Position numbers and translations under genes: made by a program | In this document: positions 54,220 through 64,000 of the stretch, one piece after another | Numbering within the stretch: the first letter of the stretch is position 1 | How the letters are laid out: each line of letters opens with the position of its first letter | NCBI GenBank assembly: GCA_964016885.1 | Contig: OZ024752.1 | Location: 48,236,001-48,300,000, forward strand | Reading direction: 5' to 3' | DNA length: 64,000 nucleotides | Source: Eledone cirrhosa | Lineage: Eukaryota | The notes under the pieces: model-generated | What the model was told of the DNA's origin: nothing | The model's input: the letters and a program-made list of their open reading frames with translations, nothing else | Databases searched by the model: none

Positions 54220-57043
54220 GGCGGTAGTGGCGCGGCGGTGGCGGCGTCGGGAGGAGGGGTGGGGGGGTGGCGAGGGGGGACGAGAGAAAGAGGGTGGTGT
54301 TGGCGGCGGCACGGCGGCGGCGGCGGGGAGAAATAAATAAAGGTGGTGGTGGTGGTGGTGGAGGTAAGAATAACAGTGTAGAATCAGTTTGATGATAAAT
54401 TGTGTTGAACAGACACAAGATTATGGTCAATTAACAAGGAAGTACTGCAGCCATTTGACATGACATCAGAGAGAGGGGGGGGGGGGGGAGGAGGAGGAGG
54501 AGGAGTGTGCCGTAGAGGGAGGGGTACAGCGAGGGGGGGGGAAGAGGTGGTGTTTATGGTGGTGTTCAACTAATTGTGGTCAGGGGAACAACAAGACAGA
54601 AACAAAATAAAAATGAAAGGAATTGGAATAAAAAAAAAAGATATATATATTATTTGATGGTGGTGAGAGTGGTGGTGAGAGTGGTGGTGAGAGTGGAGCG
54701 AAAGGGGAGAGAGCAGGAAAGAGAGAGGCTAGGAGTAGAGGAGAGAGAGCAGAGAGAGAGGGGAGAGAAAGAGGAGAGAGGAGACGGGAGAGAAAGAGAG
54801 AGGGGAGAGAGAGAGGAGAGAGAAGAGAAAGAGGAGAGAGAGGGAAGAGAGAGGGGAGAAAGAGAGAGGGGAGAGAGAGTGAGAGAGGAGGGAGAGAGAG
54901 AAGAGAAAGAGGAGATAGAGAGGAGAGAGAGAGGAGAGAGAGTGGGAGGGAGGGAGAGTGGGAGAGAGAAAGAGTGGGAGAGAGGAGAGAGAGAGAGGAG
55001 GGAGATAGAGAGAGATGAGAGAGAGAGAGTGGGAGAGAGAGGAGAGAGAGAGGAGGGAGAGAGAGAAGAGAAAGAGGAGATAGAGAGGGAGAGAGAGAAA
55101 GGGAAGAGAGAGAGTGGGAGAGAGAGGAGAGAGAGTAGGAGAGAGGGAGAGAGAGAGGAGGGAGAGAGAGAGGAGAGAGAGAGGAGGGAGAGAGAGAGAG
55201 GGAAGAGAGAGGGGAGAGAGAGGGAAGAGAGAGGGGAGAGAGAGAGAGAGAGTTACATTAACAACAACAATAGCAAAGCAACAAGAACCACTTTAACAAC
55301 AACAACAACATCAAAAAAGACAAATATAACAACAATGAAAAAAAAAGAAGAAAAAGAAGAAGAATTGTGGCAAAACAAGGCAGAGGAAAATTTACCCAAA
55401 AAATTAAATGCCACCCCCCCTCCTGTAATGTTGATGAATGATTTCATGTATATGGTGTGGTGTATGGTGGTGGTGTGGTGTGGTGTGGTGTGGTGTGGTG
55501 TGGTGTATTGTGGTGTGGTGTGGTGTATTGTGGTGTGATGTGGTGTGGTGTGGTGTGGTGTGGTGTGGTGTGGTGTGGTGTGGTGCATTGTGGTGTGGTA
55601 GTGGTGTAGTGTAGTGTAGTGTAGTGTGGTGTATTGTGGTGTGGTAGTGGTGTAGTGTAGTGTGGTGTGGTGTGGTGTGGTGTATTGTGGTGTGGTAGTG
55701 GTGTAGTGTAGTGTAGTGTAGTGTAGTGTGGTGTGGTGTGGTGTGGTGTAGTGTGGTGAAGTGTGGTGTAGTGTGGTGTGGTGTGCTGTGTTGTAGCGTT
55801 GTGTACTGTGGTGTAGTGTGGTGTGGTGTTGTATGGTGTGCTGTGGTGTAGTGTGGTGTGGTGTGGTGTGCTGTGGTGTAGTGTGGTGTGGTGTGGTGTA
55901 GTGTGGTGTGGTGTGCTGTGTTGTAGCGTTGTGTGCTGTGGTGTAGTGTGGTGTGGTGTTGTATGGTGTGCTGTGGTGTAGTGTGGTCTACTGTGGTGTT
56001 GTGTGGTGTGGTGAAGTGTGGTGTGGTGTTGTATGGTGTGCTGTGGTGTAGTGTGGTGTGGTGTGGTGTGGTGTGGTGTTGTGTGGTGTGGTGTTGTGTG
56101 GTCTACTGTGGTGTTGTGTGGTGTGGTGAAGTGTGGTGTTGTAGGGTGTGCTGTGTTGTAGTGTGCTGTGGTGTGGTGTTGTGTTGTGTGGTGTAGTGTG
56201 CTGTGTTGTAGTGTGGTGTGCTGTGGTGAAGTGTGGTGTGGTGTTGTATGGTGTGCTGTGGTGTAGTGTGGTGTGCTGTGGTGAAGTGTGGTGTGGTGTT
56301 GTATGGTGTGCTGTGGTGTAGTGTGGTGTGCTGTGGTGAAGTGTGGTGTGGTGTTGTATGGTGTGCTGTGGTGTTGTATGGTGTGCTGTGTTGTAGTGTG
56401 GTGTGCTGTGGTGAAGTGTGGTGTGGTGTTGTATGGTGTGCTGTGTTGTAGTGTGGTGTGCTGTGGTGAAGTGTGGTGTGGTGTTGTATGGTGTGCTGTG
56501 TTGTAGTGTGGTGTTGTGGCCAAAGACAGGAAATCTATTTGGAGGGGAGGTGGTGACAAGTATTGGCAGGAAACCCCCTGCTCAGATGTGTGACATTGTA
56601 AATAGCCTGAAGTGTTCCACCAGGAAAAGTATGGAAGACTGAAAGGGAAACAACAATACAGGCAGAAAGTAGACACACAAAGAAAATAAATACATGATAA
56701 CGATGATGAGGACACTGTTACTGTTGCTGACAATGATGATCACCACCACTTCCACCTGCACCACCACCACCACCACCAGCACCACCAGCACCACTACCAC
56801 CACCACCACCAGCATCACCAGTACCACCAGCACTACCACCAGCACCACTACCACCAGCACCACCAGCACCACCACCACCACTACCACCACCACCACCAGC
56901 ACCACTACCACCTGCACTACCAGCACCACTACCACCACCAGGACCAGCACCACCACCAGCACCACTACCACCACCACCACCACCACCACTACCAGCACCA
57001 CCACCACCACCATCACCAGCAGGTGTCAGAACCACTAGCTTAA

Positions 57044-57681
57044 CCCTTTAGCATTTAAACCGGTCATACCTGGCCAGAATTCTCTCACCTCTTTCTGTTC
57101 AAACCGGCAGTAACCAGCTGCTCATACTGATGTTAAGGTATTGTTCTCAAAATAAATATTATCAAAATCTCATAGATTCGATATTATGTGAGATAATTAT
57201 GTGAGGTAAAGCCTTTACCATGAAAATATAATATATTAGATATTAGTTTAACAATGATAATTGTTTCTATCTTTTGGCACAAGGCCAGCAATTATCCCAG
57301 TACATTACTGGTACTTTATTTTATAAAATATAAGAAAATAATTGTTTCTACTTTTGGCACAAGGCCAGCAATTATCCCAGTACATTACTGGTACTTTATT
57401 TTATAAAATATAAGAAAATAATTGTTTCTACTTTTGGCACAAGGCCAGCAATTATCCCAGTACATTAATGACAACAAGGGCAACTTATTTTACATGTTCA
57501 TTTCATTGTTTTACGATCGTTTCGGTTCTCTAACTGCTATAGATTAATCAATATTGATATATTGATTAATCTATAGCAGTTAGAGAACTGTATACTATCA
57601 GACATAATATATGGGTCCAATCATACTGGCTTCTTCGGAAACAATCTAATAGTGATGAAAATACAATAGTAAATATAGAGT

Positions 57682-57713
<32 letters not shown>

Positions 57714-58116
57714 ACATCGTTTAACGTCTATCTTCCACGCTAGCATGGGTTAGATGGGAATTGTCCCACTTGAAGCAAGATTGGTTGAGTGACCGTGTCT
57801 CGCTCGTATAGAACTGTCTCGCAGGTTTTCTACGGTTGGATGCCCAACCACATTTACAGTGTGCACTGGGAGTTTTTACCGTGTTCCCTACACGACCACT
57901 TTACAGCGTGGACTGTGTGTTTTTTTTGTCGTGACACCTACACGTCTGGCGGGTTTTCTACGGCTGGGTGCCCTTCCTAACACCAACCGCATTTACAGTG
58001 TGCACTGGGAGTTTTTACCATGTTCCCTACACGACCACTTTACAGCGTGGACTGTGTGTTTTTTTTGTCGTGACACCTACACGACCTCATTAGTTTGGAC
58101 TGTAAATGCTAAAGGG
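57044..58116 (-). mobile_element. piggyBac-like MITE expanded by nested insertions
   Basis: TTAA|CCCTTTAGCATTTAAAC at 57040-57060, reverse MITE body to about 57240, other TIR TGTAAATGCTAAAGGG|TTAA at 58101-58120. Confidence 0.7.
57683..58089 (-). mobile_element. RTE-tailed SINE-like element (family S3) with internal duplication
   Basis: Reverse-complement homolog of 28525-28929 with the same duplication junction. Confidence 0.8.
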
Positions 58117-59225
58117 TTAAAATGAACTCGGCCTCATTGAGTAAGAATAAGAAGAAGAAGAAAGAAGATCTAAATAGACCAACATTTCTGCTCTTTGAAG
58201 AAGGCAACCATCAGGAACTTGGTGCTGGCTAAAACCTCTATTGGCCTGGTAAAACAGTGACTGCCTTTTCTTGTCTTGTATTGGTTTTATAGAACTGAGA
58301 GAATAAAACTAGCTTGAAGAGGAATCAGATGTGATGTACAAGAGAGAGAAAAAAAACTGCAATGGTATGGACATGTGATGTAAATAGGTGATGGTTGTAG
58401 TGGTGGTGTTGGTGATGGTGGTGGTGCTGGTAGTGTTGATGATGGTAGTGGTGGTGTTGGTGATGGTGTTGGTGCTGGTAGTGTTGATGATGGTAGTGGT
58501 GGTGGTGGTGGTGTTGGTGATGGTGGTGCTGGCAGTGTTGATGATGGTAGTGGTGGTGGTGGTGGTGTTGGTGATGGTGGTGCTGGCAGTGTTGATGATG
58601 GTAGTGGTGGTGGTGGTGGTGATGGTGGTGCTGGCAGTGTTGATGATGGTAGTGGTGGTGGTGGTGGTGGTGGTGTTGGTGATGGTGGTGGTGCTGGTAG
58701 TGTTGATGATGGTGGTGGTGGTGGTGATGGTGGTGCTGGCAGTGTTGATGATGGTAGTGGTGGTGGTGGTGGTGGTGGTGTTGGTGATGGTGGTGGTGCT
58801 GGTAGTGTTGATGATGGTAGTGGTGGTGGTGGTGTTGGTGATAGGAGTGGTGTTGGCAGTGATAGTAGTGTAGATGATGGTAGTGGTTGTGGCGGTGGAA
58901 TTGGTGCCGACGATGGTAGTGGTGGTGGGGGTGTTGATGATGGTGGTGGTGGTGGTGGTGTTGGTGATAGGGGTAGTGTTGGCAGTGGTAGTAGTGTAGA
59001 TGATGGTAGTGGTTGTGGCGGTGGAAGTAGTGCCGGCGATGGTAGTGGTGGTGGTGGTGTTGGTGGTAGTGTTGGTGGTAGTGGTAGTGGTATAGATGAT
59101 GATGATGGTAGTGTTGGTGGTAGTGGTAGTGGTATGATGGTAGTAAGTTCAGGCACTGCATTGTAGTAGTTTATCATTGGGGACATTAACTGTATGTTTA
59201 TCTTTCATTATGTATGGTCAAATAT

Positions 59226-59411
59226 GGGGGGTGGATTGGCAGTATCGGTAGAGGGTCGGACGCCATGCTTTCCAGCATAGTTACGTCCCTTTACGATCTG
59301 AGTTCAAATCCCGCCGAGGTTGACTTTGCCTTTCATCCTTACGGGGTCGATAAAATAAAGTACCAGTAATGCACTGGGATAATTGCTGGCCTTGTGCCAA
59401 AAGTAGAAACA
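59226..59411 (+). mobile_element. Full-length S2 SINE with 19-bp target-site duplication
   Basis: ATTATGTATGGTCAAATAT at 59207-59225 and 59412-59430 flanks an intact copy. Confidence 0.92.
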
Positions 59412-59491
59412 ATTATGTATGGTCAAATATTTCTTAGAACCATGTCACTGAATCACCAGCACATCTGTGTGTGTGTATATATATATATATG

Positions 59492-59532
<41 letters not shown>

Positions 59533-59553
59533 TTATATATGTGTATATATATG

Positions 59554-59663
<110 letters not shown>

Positions 59664-59691
59664 CATATATATATACTTATATATATACACA

Positions 59692-59763
<72 letters not shown>

Positions 59764-59846
59764 ATTAGTTATACACATATATATATATGTATGTGTATAT
59801 ATATATATATATATATGCTTATATATACACATATATATATAAATAT

Positions 59847-59883
<37 letters not shown>

Positions 59884-59922
59884 CATTCATATATACATAT
59901 ACATATATATATACTTATATAT

Positions 59923-59984
<62 letters not shown>

Positions 59985-60326
59985 TCATATATACATATAC
60001 ATATATATATACTTATATATACACATATATATATATATATATACATTCATATATACATATATATATATATACTTATATATACACATATATATATGTATGT
60101 ATATACATATATATATATATATATGCGCGCGCACTTATATATATATATATACAAACATTTGTTTATAAATGTATGTATACAAATATATATATATTTATAT
60201 GCATTTGCATATTAATGCAGTTATGTATGTATGTGTGTGTTGTGTGTTAGTTTGAGTATGTATGTGTAGGTGTAAATATTGTATGTAAACATACACCAAT
60301 TCAGCCCCTATATAATCCACTCCATT

Positions 60327-60362
<36 letters not shown>

Positions 60363-60391
60363 TGTGTGTATATATGTATATATATATATAG

Positions 60392-60475
<84 letters not shown>

Positions 60476-60600
60476 TCGCTCTCCCTCCCTACCCCTCTCT
60501 CTCTCTCTCTCTCTTTATATATATATATATATATGTGTGTATATATATATATATATGTGTGTGTAGGTATATATCAATGTATCTATAGACACACATATAC

Positions 60601-60724
<124 letters not shown>

Positions 60725-60771
60725 CTATACAACAACACATATATACATTTATACTCACACACACACATGTA

Positions 60772-60802
<31 letters not shown>

Positions 60803-61058
60803 ATACACACACACATACACACAGTTACATACACACACACACAGTTACATATACACACACATATACACACAGTTACAGACACACACACAGTTACATATAT
60901 ACCCACACAGTTACATATATACACACACACAGTTACATATACACACAGTTACATATACACACACATATACACATAGTTACATACACACACACAGTTACAT
61001 ATATACCCACACAGTTACATATATACACACACACAGTTACATATACACACACACAGTT

Positions 61059-61090
<32 letters not shown>

Positions 61091-61487
61091 TATCACTGCT
61101 GATATAATCCAATAAACAGTAGAAATGGAATAAGGGGACACACTTGCCTCTCCCTGAAGGAAAAGTCATATGAGTTATATATAGAACATTTCCACCACCA
61201 ACACCACCATCACCACCACACCACCACACTCACACCCAACACCACCACCGCCACACCACCACCGCCACACCACCACCACCACCACCACCACCACTACCTC
61301 CACCACCACCACCATCATCACACTCACACCCAACACCAGCACCACCACCACCACCAACATCACACTCACACCCAACACCACCACCACCACCACCACACTC
61401 ACACCCAACACCAGCACCACCACCACCACCACCAACATCACACTCACACCCAACACCACCACCACCACCACCACACTCACACCCAAC

Positions 61488-61518
<31 letters not shown>

Positions 61519-61700
61519 CCACCACCACCACCACCACCACCACCAGCATCACACTCACACCCAACACTACCACTACCACCACCACCACCACCACCACCAG
61601 CATCACACTCACACCCACCACCAGCACCAGCATCACACTCACACCCAACACCACCACCACTACCACCACCACCAGCATCACACTCACACCCAACACCAGC

Positions 61701-61731
<31 letters not shown>

Positions 61732-61794
61732 ACATCACTCCCCCCTCCCCACACCATCACACCAGCACTGATCCCATCACTGCCATCACCACCC

Positions 61795-61825
<31 letters not shown>

Positions 61826-61921
61826 ATATATTGTGAGAGGCTGGGTTCAATCAGGGGTAACCACAGTAAGTGAAGTACTCAATACATTTCATAGAGTATA
61901 TACTAAATTTAATATAGAAAT

Positions 61922-61989
61922 GGCTTCTACAGGACTAGAACTGTTTCATTCGGGAGAATCATCAGGAAAGTTCTAGTCCTGTAGAAGCC
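61922..61989 (-). ncRNA. Hammerhead-like core (family F) enclosed by a 21-bp inverted repeat
   Basis: Minus strand: GGCTTCTACAGGACTAGAACT, TTC, CTGATGA, TTC-tccc-GAAT, GAAAC, AGTTCTAGTCCTGTAGAAGCC. Stem II is weak. Confidence 0.5.
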
Positions 61990-62067
61990 CATTTTTCTCT
62001 CTCTCTCTCTACATTATATATATATATATATATATATATATGCAGAGAGAGAGAGAGAGAGAGAAAT

Positions 62068-62137
62068 GGCTTCTACAGGACTAGAACTTTCCTGATGATT
62101 TCTCCCGAATGAAACAGTTCTAGTCCCTGTAGAAGCC
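62068..62137 (+). ncRNA. Hammerhead-like core (family F), mirror copy
   Basis: CTGATGA(62092-98)...GAAA(62111-14) inside the same inverted repeat. Confidence 0.5.
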
Positions 62138-62522
62138 ATTTCTATATTATATATATATACAAACATGTATCTATAAATACACATTGAAACACATACAGAA
62201 ACTCACACATACACACACAGAGAAACACAGACACAGCCAAAAACACAGACACACACACACACAGACACACAATATAATCATATTTTATAGATAAAAAGGA
62301 AAAAAAAGAAAAAAATGTCAAGTGCTATAAAATACTTAGTTGAGCAGCAGGCAATATCTATTGTGAAAAAACAACTGATTGAATTATTGCTTATTATTGC
62401 TTATTCTACCTCCAACACCCCACGCCTCACCCTACACTGCACCTCACCCTTCACCATTAAACCATTCAATTGATTCATTAAACCAAAATCAACAACAAAA
62501 GTAAACACTAAAATATATACAG

Positions 62523-62559
<37 letters not shown>

Positions 62560-62699
62560 TAATATATATTATATATATATATGTATATATTAATATATAT
62601 ATTATATATATCATATATATATATTATATATATATTATATATATCATATATATATATTATATATATCATATATATATATATGTATATATATATATATTT

Positions 62700-62756
<57 letters not shown>

Positions 62757-63289
62757 CATATATATTGCTTAAAAAAATTATAACAATGACTAAATAGAAA
62801 AAAATAAAATATGAAATAAAAAAAAAACCACATCCAAAAATATACAAAATAATGAAAATATAATGAAAAATTAAAAATTAAAAATTAAAAATTAAAAAAA
62901 AAATAATATAAGAATAAATAAATAAAAATATTTTAAAATAATAAAAAATAGAAAAAAAAATTACAGAATTTTTAATTATATTTTTTTTTGTTTTTTTTTC
63001 TCTCCCGAGTTTGTTATTACTTATTCTTGTTGTTGCTTGTTTTTTTGTTTTTATTTTCAACAATATTTGTTAAAAAGATATAATTTAATTGAAAATATTC
63101 ATCATCTATATATTTCATGGTCAATTGGTTCTGATAATTACTGATTTTAGCACTTCCTGTAAAGGTCAGTTATAAAAATTGATGAAAAATGGATTTCTTT
63201 TTTTTTAGTTACTGTGGCACCACAGCGAAGAGAGAGAGAATGAGATTCCATCCTTTTCCCAAACACTTTAACCCTTTTGATTACCCAGA

Positions 63290-63410
63290 AGGAGCAATGT
63301 GAAATAGAGTGTCTTGCTCAAGGACATAACACATCATCCAGCCCAGGCTTCGAACTCACAGCCTTATGATTGCAAATCCAATTCTCTAACCACTCAGCCA
63401 CACGCCTTCA
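63290..63410 (-). mobile_element. Diverged S1-like SINE head
   Basis: Minus strand TGAAGGCGTGTGGCTGAGTGGTTAG...GAGTTCGAAGCC...TCCTTGAGCAAGACACTCTATTTCACATTGCTCC. Confidence 0.75.
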
Positions 63411-63566
63411 CTGATATATATATATATACAGCTTAGCCGTTGGGGTCCTGACTCTTTTCCTATTACCCACTCTACTACCCTAAGTATCGAGTACTCTGGT
63501 GCGTTATGGTCCACCTGGTTCCTTACCACACTTTCTTTGTTAAATACATATATATATATACATATA

Positions 63567-64000
63567 TGGTGGCTGCCAACTCGTTTCGAGTACGGCCACT
63601 ACTTTATATCCTGTAGGAGAACCCCTACCGATGCGCTGAACGAGTGTGACTTTTTAGTCCAGCCAGCGACTTGAAAACTCTGGTACAAACACTACACTTG
63701 TGACAATTATTGACACATAGTTCTGGGCCCATGGTACCATGTGATGACAAGTGCAGAGAGATCTCCAGATATAAAGCAATGCCTGTGTCGTGAAGCTTTT
63801 ATAGTGAGCAAAGGCACTGCACAAAGCCAGTCACACTCTCTTAACCAAGATGATATTTACCAAAAAGAAGAACAAGTCAACATCATTGGATACCATCAGG
63901 GTTGCAGGTGTTATATCAGAGTTTTCCTTCTAGAATTCTGCCTTGACAAAGGCTAAGGGGTCATCTTTCCCGTGATTTTGGATGGCCATTGACTCTTAAG
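63567..64000 (-). mobile_element. RTE/BovB-like LINE derivative: terminal C2H2 finger and 3' stem-loop, probably internally deleted
   Basis: 63732-63625 translates MGPELCVNNCHKCSVCTRVFKSLAGLKSHTRSAHR* (C-x2-C-x3-F-x5-L-x2-H-x4-H), followed by a GTGGC..ACTCG-aaa-CGAGT..GCCAC hairpin and (TA)n. Upstream AGAAGGAAAACTCTGAT resembles RTE 5'UTR sequence. Confidence 0.6.

Noticed and set aside
56520-56670. Good minus-strand splice acceptor (TTTCCCTTTCAG) before unique sequence
   Set aside because: No clear donor and no recognisable peptide in any frame.

Overview
AT-rich eukaryotic non-coding DNA dominated by (TA)n/(CA)n/(AG)n/(CAC)n/(GAT)n microsatellites, minisatellites and short interspersed repeats. 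The SINE set resembles octopod cephalopod SINEs as I recall them (inference, not a database result). I found no recognisable host protein-coding gene, and nearly all long ORFs in the track are translations of simple repeats. The real protein-coding relics are transposon fossils: a maT/DD37D Tc1-mariner transposase (43201-43728), an RTE LINE C-terminus (10048-10263), an R4/Dong-like C-terminus inside (TAA)n (1365-1409) and an RTE-type C2H2 finger (63625-63732). There are three SINE families, TTAA-flanked piggyBac-like MITEs and a hAT-like MITE dimer with an 8-bp TSD. The most striking hidden signal is RNA structure. Twelve minimal hammerhead-ribozyme cores (CUGANGA-stem II-GAAA-short, often palindromic stem III) from about five repeat families are scattered through the window, with compensatory changes in stem II between copies. 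Several long fold-back palindromes have breakpoints next to hammerhead-like GAAA motifs, and the RTE-tailed SINEs carry a covarying H-type pseudoknot module. Coordinates were read by eye, so element ends may be off by a few bases.
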